From: Heptranchias perlo
Taxonomy: Eukaryota
Length of the DNA stretch: 64,000 bases
NCBI RefSeq assembly: GCF_035084215.1
Contig: NC_090346.1
Location: 14,384,001-14,448,000 of the forward strand
Direction of reading: 5' to 3'
Shown here one piece after another: positions 10,734-21,658 of the stretch. Position 1 is the first letter of the stretch, and each line of letters begins with the position of its first letter. The notes under the pieces were generated by a model. It saw only the letters and a program-made list of their open reading frames with translations, searched no databases and was not told the DNA's origin. Made by a program: the position numbers and the translations under genes.

Positions 10734-11898
10734 CGATGTGCATCACCGGCATCTCCACATCATGACAACCAATATCTACTATAAGCCCACCGACACCCTT
10801 GATTACACTTCCCCCTGCCGCATTTCCTGTAAGGACTCTATTCCCTTCTCCCAGTTTCCCCGTTGCATCTGTTCCGACGATGCCACCTTCCACACCAGTG
10901 CGTCCGATATGTCTTCCCTTTTTCCTCAACTGAGGATTCCCCTCCACTGTAGTTGACGGGGCCCTCGATCGTGTCCGTCCCGTTTCCCGCAATTCTGCCC
11001 TCACCCCTTCCCCTCCAGAACCAGGAAAGGGTCCCCTTTGTCCTCACCTTCCACCCCACTAGCCTCCACATTCAACATATCACCCTCTTCCATTTCCGCC
11101 ACCTCCTGCACGATGCCACCACTAAACACATCTTTCCCTCCCCTCCCCTTTCAGCATTCCAAAGGAACAGTTGCCTCCGCAACACCCTGGTCCATTCTTC
11201 CATCACCCCCCAACACCCGCTCGCCTCCTCACGGCACTTCCCCATGCGAGCGGAGGAGATGCAACACCTGCCTTTTCACCTCCTCCCTTCCCACTGTCCA
11301 GGGCCCCAAAGACTCCTTCCAGGTGAAACAGCCATTCACTTGTACTTCTTTCACTTTAGTATACTGTATTCACTGCTCACAATGTAGTCTCCTCTACATT
11401 GGGGAGACCAAACACAGATTGGGTGATTGCTTTGCTGAACACCTCCACTCCGTCCCCAAGCGTGACCCTAACCTTCCGGTCACTTGCCATTTCAATTCTC
11501 CGTCCCACTCCCGCTCCGATCTCTCTGTCCTTGGCCTCCTACACTGTTCCAATGAAGCTCAACGAAAGCTCGTGGAACAGCACCTCATCTTTCGATTAGG
11601 CACTTGACAATCTTCCGGACTCAACATTGATTTCAATAACTTAAAATCATAACCAATAGTCCCATTTTCTCAGACAGCAGCTGTTGCTAATGGTTCTGCT
11701 GTTGCCATTTACAGCTGTTCTAGACCCATCTTTTGTTTCTCTACTTGTCCCATCAACCCTTTTGTCATTCAATCACTCCTGTCCCCCACCCTATCACAGA
11801 CATTCCCTTTTGTTCTTTCGTCTCCTCCCCTCCCTTTCCTCCTCACCTTTGTATGGCTCTGTACCAGCTTAAAAACTGTTAAATCTTTCATTTCTGTC

Positions 11899-11935
11899 AG
11901 TTCTGATGAAAGGTCATCGACCTAAAACGTTAACT
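11899..11935 (+). ncRNA. Degenerate hammerhead motif in the Penelope 3' repeat
   Basis: AGTT-CTGATGA-A-AGGTC-ATC-GACCT-AAAA-CGTT-AACT. The core GAAA is mutated to AAAA. Confidence 0.65.
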
Positions 11936-12394
11936 TGTTTCTTTTTCCACCAATGCTGGCTAATTGCTGGTATTTCTGGCATCTTCTGTTTTTATTTCAG
12001 ATCTCCAGCAGCTGCAGTATTTTGCTTTTGATCCAGGGCAATGATGTTTGCTTTGCAATACAAGGCTGCCTAAATTTAGAACTGAGATAAAAAAGGGGTA
12101 TGATTGAAAAAAATGCTAGTCCCTGTGTGTCTGGGGGACTGGGAATAAAAGTTGTTTTTCCTTCAATTTCATTTGAAAAACAATACAAACACCTGCACTC
12201 TCATTCCATAGCTGGGTGAGATCCTTAGAGCATCCCATTCCTTTAATGTACACAGCCCTGCTGTGCATACATGTCAACAGCCAGCATTAAATCCTTGCCA
12301 TCCTAGTGCCTCAGGTCATTTGCCAGTGGTGAAACTCTATGTTATCTTAAGTGAGGCAAAAGACTGCAGCTCAATATTGCATTACAGTTCAGCT

Positions 12395-12925
12395 ACAACT
12401 TGCATTTATATAGTGCCTTTAAAGTAGTAAAATATTCCAAGGCGCTTCAAAGGCGCGATTATCAAATAAAATTTGACATTAAGCCACATAAGGAGATGTT
12501 AGGACAGGTGACCAAAAGCTTGGTCAAAGAGGTAGGTTTTAAGAAGCGTCTTAAAAGGAGAGAGGTGGAGAAGTTTAGGGCGGGAATTCCAGAGCTTAGG
12601 GCCTAGACAGATGACGGCAAGGCATGGTGGTCAGATTAAAATCGAGGATGCGCAAGAGGCAAGAATTGGAGGAGCACAGAGATCTCAGGATTGTAGGAGG
12701 TTAGAGAGAGAGGGGCGAGGCCATGAAGAGATTTGAAAACAAGGGTTGCCGGACCAGGAGCCAGTGTAGGTCAGTGAGCACTGGGGTGATGGGTAAACAG
12801 GACTTGGTGCAAGTTAGGATACAGGCAGCAGAGTTTTCGATGAGCTCAAGTTTATGGAGGGTGGAAGATGGGAAGCTAGCCAAGAGAGCATTAGAATAGT
12901 CAAGTCTAGGAGGTAACAAATGCAT
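12395..12925 (-). mobile_element. L2-type LINE 3' fragment
   Basis: RLDYSNALLASFP...ITPVLTDLHWL is the L2 ORF2 C-terminus, followed by the L2 tail. Confidence 0.85.
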
Positions 12926-12929
12926 GGAG

Positions 12930-13053
12930 CTAAAGCAAAGTACTGCAGATGCTGGAAATCTGAAATAAAAAAAGAAAATGCTGGAAATACTGAACAGGTC
13001 AGATAGCATCTGTGTGGAGAGAGAAACAGAGTTAACGTTTCAGGTCGATGACC
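12930..13053 (-). mobile_element. Penelope 3' repeat fragment (hammerhead 5'-truncated)
   Basis: Reverse homolog of ~11912-12030. Retains GGTCATCGACCTGAAACGTTAAC but lacks CTGATGA. Confidence 0.75.
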
Positions 13054-14541
13054 AAAGAAATGCTTGATTCATGATGCAATTAGGAACCTTGAGCTTAACA
13101 CTTGGTTTTACTTTGCACTTAATCAGTCATTTATCTCTTATTGACACACACACATGCATTATAGAGAGATACATACCTACATATATCCAGAAATCTTCAA
13201 GTTTCAATTACTGTAGGACTGCAATACTTTGTAGGGCTGAGTGTTGTACATTTGATATTAAAATCATGGATCAATAAGTGCTTCCTTTCACATTATGTAA
13301 TCAGGTATTGTCACGGTAATTATAGAGCTAAGGAACCATAAACAAAGTGTAGTTTTAATTGAAGTAGCTTGCCAACAGGGTCCAGTCATGAATGGGGTGC
13401 CAGGCATCAGTGCTGGGTTCCTTTCTGTTTATTAATGATCTGGAGGACGGTACAGGCAGCACAGTAATTAAATTGCAGATGACTCCAAATCGTGTGGTAA
13501 TCAGGACCTTACAAGAGGGTTAAAAATTGCAACTGGATTTGGATTGGGGAAAGTGGTTCCATGATTGACAAATGGCCTTCAATAGACACATGTTGATTTA
13601 TACACACAGATGTACATAACAGCATAGCATATAACAAGTAGATGTTGGCATCATTTCTATAGTTTGTAACTTGAGAAATGTGTTCTAAAGTGTCTGAGAA
13701 AGACATAGGGGTGTTAATTGACTGACCTGTGAAAGTTCAAACGTAGTGGCAGGAGGCTACAGTTAGGGCAAATAGTCCTGGACTGTATGGCATAGACCAT
13801 TCATAACAAAACTATGACCACAGTAATCATGTTATGTAAGGCTTTGGTCAGGAGCTTGCAACAAAAAGAATGGCCAGATGTGTTCCTGGAGAAAGTGACG
13901 CTGCATGTTGTAAATCCATTTGCTGGATACTAAAGGGTACAATGTACAAAACATTGTTTACTACATTTTTATTGGCTGAATAGTAAAATATTTTTTAAAG
14001 ATGTCAGAAAAGATGAATGTTTCAATAACTAATTTGTTACTGAATGGATGATGAGCAGTTGTTCAATGGTTCATTCATTCTGAAACCAAAATTCCAAGAA
14101 ACAACTTGAAATAAAATCAATAAACTAGTGTATATTTTGCTTATAATTACCACAACATAACATAAAAACACTATAATGGTGGCTGTTGTAAGTCCAGTGG
14201 ATTAAGTGGTCGCGTTATGAAGAATATAATTACATTGTACTCCGAAATGCATCAAATGAAGTGCCAAAAAGAAAATTTTCTGGGGGAGCATGTCTCCAAA
14301 TTCCACTAGATGTAGCTTACCCACTTTTAAAATGGTCAATACACCACTGGCATAAGTGGATGTTTGGTCAGGACAGGATCAAGCTCTGTTATGACGCCCT
14401 ATGATCGAATTACCTGCAGGCACTTGCTGTTCTGGCTCATGCATAAAGAACTGGCTGCTGGGCAAGGTAACTAAAGGTTGGTGGTGCCTTTGGAACCATA
14501 TCCTAGGATGAGTCATTGCATACTGGAAGAAGATAAAGAGA

Positions 14542-14546
<5 letters not shown>

Positions 14547-14573
<27 letters not shown>
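14547..14573. repeat. (GA)n microsatellite
   Basis: About 13 GA units. Confidence 0.9.
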
Positions 14574-14577
<4 letters not shown>

Positions 14578-14936
14578 ATCACCAATTACCACAATCCCTC
14601 TCCAATTCATATCTCCAACAATATTGTCTTGTTGGCATCTTTATGCTGTTCTCCTTCAGGCAAGTCAAACATTGTGGCTGAAAGGTACCTGAAATATGTA
14701 CATCACATGGCTTTTCCTCTCTCATGCCCTCAGTGCAAGATAAAATTGACAGAGCTAAGCACCGCTGAAACCCCCTCAATGAAACAGCAAAGCTTGAACA
14801 TCTGCTAAAGCCTGGATTCAAATTTGAACCTTCTAGTTCACAATACAATGCACCAGCTCTAACTGCAGGTCTGTGCCACTATTAAGTAATGAACAGAACA
14901 CTAGGGCAAAAAAAAAAACAGGTACACACACTAGTG

Positions 14937-14942
14937 TTTATT
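14937..14942 (-). promoter_or_regulatory. Probable distal polyadenylation signal of TOM1L2
   Basis: AATAAA on the minus strand followed by a GU/U-rich downstream element (tgtgtgtacctg-T11). It also marks the transition from repeat-poor to repeat-rich sequence. Confidence 0.55.
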
Positions 14943-17900
14943 TATAACATTACATGCAAGGGTCAAGCACTACAGAATTTAAGCAGTAGTGACAGTTCAG
15001 TACAAACCACACATTCATTCCATTTTTACATGGATGACTGACATAATTTACAAGTCTGCAGAAACACAAAGTCAGTGAAACGACAGGTTACAGACAAGCA
15101 TATATGCTGTGTATTCTCATATGTGGAAATTAAACCCAAAAAGCTAAAATGTTCATAAATAAATTAAACCACACTCCTACACCTACTGACTAACATACAG
15201 GGGTTTAGCTCTTACAGCCTACAAAGTTAGTGTTATATGAATGTAATTGAACAGGTCACTGTTAAGCTGCATAATTTTGAGTTGGTTATATGTATACCAA
15301 GCCTTTGTAAAAAGCAATCACTTCCCTGCAGTGGAAACCCACCATCGAATGGCAATGATAATCATGAACCTTACTTGTAATGAATGAGATCCAGGATCTA
15401 AACCGGGTTAATTCTTTAATTCATCCCCCTCCCCTGTTCATTTACAAAAGGGAAAGCTTTGTTTGAGAAAATCAATTAATTAATTTTTGAAAAAAGTTTA
15501 CAAACACTCCTAGTACAGATCAACCACCGAGACAGCTTCATTAAAAAGCATTAGGTGTCCGTTTATAAAGGATCAAGTCTTTCCTGACGAAATTAGGAGT
15601 GACACCGGAGTCTGAGGTTGCATTTACACTGTAGCTACTGGTTGGAGATCACTGCAGTTTGGATTTTAGCCAAGGTGTACCTGGTTTAATTCCCTGCTGC
15701 CCAGGGGAGATTTGCACATGTATGCTTATACGCGACCAGAGGTTACTCCAAGCGTGTGTGCAGAGAGAGAATTAAACCTCCTGGCCAGACCTGTCCAAAT
15801 GAACACCCTCAATTAGAACAGTTCTTTTTCCCAATCTGGCTAGTTAAGCCAGGAGTTGTAAGGACAATATACCTCCTAACAAAATGGAGGAAAAAAACAC
15901 ACAAAATCCATCATCTATAATTTTAAGCCTCATAATAACAGGATTACACAACTGGAAGCACAAAATGCCACTGGGGAGAAGTTAAAAAGCCACAATAATT
16001 TTTAACTGGGGGTGGGGGGGGTTTGGAGTTCACACTGCAGTCGGTTTGGAGAAGGCAGGGAATTTCACACTGCAGTCTGTGGCCCCTCCTCATCCCCTTC
16101 TGAACTTAAGTGAACAAGTGGAATAACATGACAGCATTGATGTGCTTTAGTTACTGAGCATTTGTAAATTATTTTATTGCTTTTTTAAATATTACATTTG
16201 TTTCCCATTTAAAAAAAACCCAACTGTTTTACATATCCTGACAAACAGTTTGCAGTTGGACAGCACTTTATTAACTTCAATAAAAATTTTAATATGATCA
16301 GACGTAACATCTAAAGCAACAGTTCATCTCGTGGGGAAGGGAAGGGTAGTGTTGTGGCCTTTTGACTATTTTAAATGGGGTCTCCATAATCATTTTGCTT
16401 AGTACCAGTAACAGGAGTCATATATCCATCTCATTCTCCCAAGATCCAGAGGGGAAAGGGATGTATGCTATCCAGTACCCAATAAGAAAGCCCTGGTCCC
16501 AAACTGGGGTGATTACACACAGTCATCCACAGGACAATGTTGTTTTGTTCGACGGCATTTCTGAGTAAGGTTGTAGTGAACAGTAAAACTAATTTTAGAC
16601 ACTAGTGTTTGTTTTTTTTTTGAAGGAATTCACAAGACACCAGTGAACAATTTAGTCCCATATTTACAATGTTTATCCCACATTATCTGCTCATTGGTTT
16701 AAAATTCTTTTAAATGTAGTCAGTGGTTAGTATCAAGAAACAATCGTTATTTGTAGTATATGTAATCCTTGTATTTTAACAGTAGCTGAGAATTTATGAT
16801 GATTTAATGACAGATGAAGGTACCAACTCAAAAAATATGTATCTCAACAGATGAAAATGAATGAAAGAAAACCCCAAACCATCTAACTGGTTTTCCAAGC
16901 TGAAAGGCTGGTTTAGAAAACTCACCACTGCACTCTCATGAAGATTTGTGAAAGTAAATTTTAAACTGTTACAAAACGCTCACATTTTCAACCCATTCCT
17001 TTAACAAGCATTCGATTGAAGTGATTCGCAAATCAGAAGGATTCTTTTGCTACTATGCAAGTGGCAACACCTACAGGGGCTACCACTAAGGAGGTAACAT
17101 TTACTCCACTCGGTTGAGGTTATTAATAATTACTACACCGTTTGAGATGATCAGATAGGTGTTGCTAAACACTGTTGATCATAAGGAGTTTAATGCTACT
17201 AGTGTCATTGCTATACACCATACTACCCTACAATAACAGAAATATTATATTTGAATTCCATTGCTGTTAATTGCTTGGGCACATCACTTTTATTTTTGTT
17301 AATTAACATGTTTGGCAGGTTATCAAATTATACATACCTTATACTACCAACACATTGTCTACTTATCAAAGTATCATTGAGGATTTTTTTGTTACTGAAA
17401 GTTTTTTTTTTACAATAAATCCATTGAACTGTACATTAATATTCGTATAAACAGTTACTAACCCTTTTATACACATTTGAACAGCATTCCTCCAGGATGG
17501 TATAATACTCTATTTTGATCTGCAGGGCTGTTTTTCCAGTTTTTTCCCCTTCAATCATTGCTTTACAATCATGTAACGTTTTGGGAAGGAAAATGAAGCA
17601 ACTCGACTTTAAGCTCCTGGGAAGCTCATGTGACTGAGCACTTAATTCCCAAACCCGGGGAGTGGATTTTGCATCCCAAGCCAATTCAATCCATCCCACT
17701 CACCTGGATAGGAGGAAGAAACGAGGATACGTTCTAAATCATTCCTCAGCTCAATGGAGAGATGAAGCAAACTTGTAGATGGGAGGCAAGAATCTGCTAG
17801 AATCGGACTGCACTGATCAAAAGGACTCTAAGGCCTCAGTTTAATAGACCTGGATGGGTTCAAACAATATTCACACCTTCACTGTGGTGATCCTTCTGTT

Positions 17901-18717
17901 GTTTTCTTAGCTTTGACCTCTTTTCCACAAGTTACATCACCAGTGCCCCTCAAAACATTAAATAGGATGCACAAAAGGCTGAGCAAAGTACATCGGAAAT
18001 GCAACAAACAGCTTCTACCAGCAAAGCTTGTTAATGTTATTTGGGCAATTTAATTGGGAAAAGCTCTGCAAAGAGATCTCACAACTACCCTAATCCTAAT
18101 CCTTTCATATTATAAAGGTGCTTAAAATAAGTAACCACATGGCCACACCTTAGTGTTTGTATTTATACTGTAAAATAGACCAAGTTCGAAAACCCAACAA
18201 AATGCTAATTTAACAGCCATAGTGTCCAACAACAGCCCAGTACCTGAAACACTGATCTCTCAGCTGTGAAAAGCTCAGCATGACCAGCGAGTTAGATGCT
18301 CAATAATTACAGTTTGTCAGTCTTACAACAGTTCTTGATGGGTCTGAGCACTGATCAAGAGAAAAAAATTAATGGATTTATTTTCATTACCAAGCTTGGA
18401 TTTTCTGTGTTGTGAAAAATAAGATTCATGGGTTGATATTTCATTACAAAGGAGGATACTACTAACCCTAACCATGCATAACATACATATACTAACCACC
18501 TTACCATGCATACATACATCCATCCATCCATCTTTTAATTGCAATGCAAGACAGACACTGATTCATCACACAACTGCATTAATTTGTGTATTGGGGGGTA
18601 GACTCAATAGATCAGATTCTGAATTATTTTGTATTACTTTGCATTGTTTGGTGTTCAAAATATTCTGGCAGTGCAGAAAATTTATAGCATGAGAATGCAA
18701 AGACAATATTTAAAATA

Positions 18718-18820
18718 GTTGAAATAAAAACAGAAAATGCTAGAAACACTCAACAGGTCAGGCAGCATCTGTAGAGAGAAACAGAGTTAACATTTCAGGT
18801 CAATGACCTTTCATCAGAAA
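18718..18820 (-). mobile_element. Penelope 3' repeat fragment with hammerhead motif
   Basis: Minus strand reads TT-CTGATGA-A-AGGTC-ATT-GACCT-GAAA-TGTT-AACTC at ~18784-18819. Confidence 0.75.
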
Positions 18821-19383
18821 CGTTTAAGGTCATACGAAATTTAACCCTCTGGATCTAGTAACTTGGGTTTAAAAAAAATCCTTAGCGTCTACTATTTTTT
18901 TTACAAAACAATAAATCCTGAAACAGCACAATGCAGTTACTGTCGTTCGCCATAATTCTCATGGTGTTGACCACTTATACAGATGAGTTCCACTTTTTCA
19001 GAGAAAGAATTCATGCGAGTTTGAAAGGCAATAATTCTCTGTAGCTCTCCTGATTTTGAGGTGGTTTTATGTTTGGCACTTTTGTCAATCAGACTGCGGT
19101 AGATTGAAATCTGTGTGCTAGCTCCCCCCATTTATATTGTTTAACCTTCCCCCTATTCCCAACAGCAGAATCAGATCCACATTTTCATGGTTGTGATATT
19201 CTCCTGTGGGGATAAGGGAGCCATTTAAAAAAAAAAGTAATGGAAAACAGGTGAGAGATGGCTCATGCCCAAAATTGAAAAGGTTCTTAATGCATTAGAC
19301 AAAGAAGGAAGAATAAAGATGCCACTTTTTTTTTTCAGAAAATGAGTTCAAGTGCCAGAGGCAGTATTATTCATTAGACTGAA

Positions 19384-19595
19384 CAACTTGCATTTAAATA
19401 GCACACTTAACGTAGGAAAACGTTCCAAGGAACTTCACAGGAGCGTAATAAGACAAAAAATGACACCGAGCTAAAGGAGGAGATATTAGGACAGGTGACA
19501 TAAAAGCTTGGTAAGTTTCAAGGAGGCTCTTAAAAGGAGGAGAGGTGGACAGGTTTAGGAGAGAATTCCAGAGCTAAGGGTCTAAATGGCCACCA
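19384..19595 (-). mobile_element. L2 tail fragment
   Basis: Homologous to 12395-12610. Confidence 0.75.
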
Positions 19596-21506
19596 ATAGT
19601 ATCATCCAGTGTGGTCATTAGACATATTTAGGACTTTGCTACCAATACACTATGGGGGAAAAAAACACTTCAGCAAATACACTTTAATGTATGAAACTCT
19701 TACTTCATCAGCTCAACTTGCTCCCACCATTAATGACCAATACTTCACCCTATTGCTTTACAGTTCAAAATACTCTCCATAGGGACAACCCAAGTTTGGG
19801 AAGGAGAAAATCTCAAATTACATTGCTGGTGTTTTTGCACAGTTCCAAGGGGCACCATAGGAAAAATTCACACCAATCGTTAAATTTTACTGAAATCCTT
19901 GTGATAACACTGGAATATATAATGACCAGCTTTCAGCATCACTCTTGGGTACTGTTACAGCTATACAAACTGGAAAGGGAAGATTGAAAGGAAAGAGAAA
20001 ACATTAAAAATATAAATACATTAGGGCCATCATCAATAGCAAAATAACACACTAAATGCTCCTAAGGACTGAGGTACAAGAAAAGGGTCAAACTCTCCAG
20101 CCTTGAAAAGAGGCGAATGAGAGGGGACCTTGTAGAGAATGGAGAAGGCATAGAGAAGGATACAAAATGGTAAAAGGCAGGTTCAGGATTGAGGTCAGGA
20201 AGCACTTGAGTGAATAATATTTGGAATGGTCTTCCAGATAGGGTAATGGAGGAAGAAACTCTGGAATCATCATTCAAGAGACAGTTAGATGCTGCAGCAA
20301 CGGAGCTCTAGGTTTCTATGGAAGAGTGAGCTAGATGGAATGAATGGCCTCCCTCATCTGTATATAACCCATTTAAGCTTGAAGGTGGAAGTGGCACAAG
20401 CCTACATTCGGTGTCCTCCCCCACCAAACAAACCTGAAGTAAGCAGCATCTGGAATTATATCAGTCTGACTTCAGGAGGTGAACTATTTTTCAGTAAAGC
20501 CTCCCTGTGTAAATGGGTTTTCCTGCCTAACAGACTATGGACATGGTTTCTAGGAATTGATGAGTCGTTTAACAGTGGCTCCAGGAAAATAACACTGCTC
20601 CTAGGCGGCACAAACATGCTAGTCAGTTACTCTAAAATCATCAGCACTGGCCCCACATAGCAGGGTTTAACTAAAAGAAAAGACCACACACACACAATCC
20701 AGAAATTGTCAATTCATCGCTTTGCTTCATATAAAGCATGCACAAAAGTGGCTGCTTGCGTGACAATCAGTATCTTCTCTTGGCTACAAGAGTTCATCTT
20801 GCATTTAATGCATATTTCCCAGTGCAGTTCTAGTTGCAACACACTGCATTTTAGTGTTACACATGTAATACAATTAGTATAGTTCAACACACTAAAATAT
20901 AGATTAGAATAAACTTCTGAATTTCTCTAATGTCCCTTATAATACAGACAACTTCTATGATACCTATTGCACTGTACAAGGTGCTATGTCCCAAAACACT
21001 GAAGTCTGGCCAGAGGAACTAGTTTACTTTGAGATTTTTTTTAAAAGCACACTTGTTGAAATTTTACAGTTTTATGAACACTTCGTAATAATGCCAAAGT
21101 AGCCAGTTTTTTTTCATTTCCCTTTTACGAGATACATGTTAACCAGAAAGTATGTCCTTTGGGCTCGTACTGTTTTAGGAGGTAGTGGGTCTAAACCATT
21201 ATATAATTATGTACTGCAAGCATGTTGCAAGTCTAGCTATATATGCGCATAATACTTCATACTGTGGAAAATGTTAAAAGCCAGTGGTTTGAAAAAAAAA
21301 CAGCCCGTCAGTTTTAAACCAAAGAGTGCACACAAAATAAGGCAGTTTATGAATTAGTGGGGAGGTAACGGAAATGCACTAAAGAATTCAAGTGCATCAC
21401 CAGCTGCGTATTGAGAAGCCATAGCTGACTGTACAGCAGCACTCTGCCCAATAACAGAGATTAACCACACGCACGTACGTACACGCAAAAAACACACACT
21501 TGTTAT

Positions 21507-21658
21507 TTACAAAGCGAAGAGGGCATCCTTAGAACGATCCTGCTTCTTTACGCTTGCAGCAAGCACTGTCGGAGGAGTGGAGTTGCTGGAGGGAGGGGAG
21601 GGCAGGTTTGGGACTCTCTCTGCTGCTTTCGCTCTCTCTTCCAAAAATTTATCAAATT
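21507..21658 (-). CDS. TOM1L2: TOM1L2 last coding exon
   Basis: ttttccag| [23 protein letters not shown]...SKDALFAL*. Confidence 0.95.

Larger units (their letters stand above)
10530..12030 (+). mobile_element. Penelope-like element, 5'-truncated (RT C-terminus + GIY-YIG endonuclease + 3' repeat)
   Basis: FINFASNF...FTWS and TNIYYKPTD (RT end). QVKQPFTCTS..LVYCIHCSQCSLLYIGETKHRLGDCFAEH (GIY-YIG, 11038-11607). Frameshifted. Confidence 0.9.
14920..21506 (-). other. TOM1L2: Putative long TOM1L2 3' UTR (~6.6 kb), with possible proximal poly(A) sites
   Basis: AU-rich, mostly unique sequence after the stop codon. Further AATAAA hexamers near 16267, 17290 and 18377. Confidence 0.5.

Noticed and set aside
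16029-16077. Direct repeat ttcacactgcagtc x2
   Set aside because: Only two copies; a local microduplication, not an array or CRISPR.
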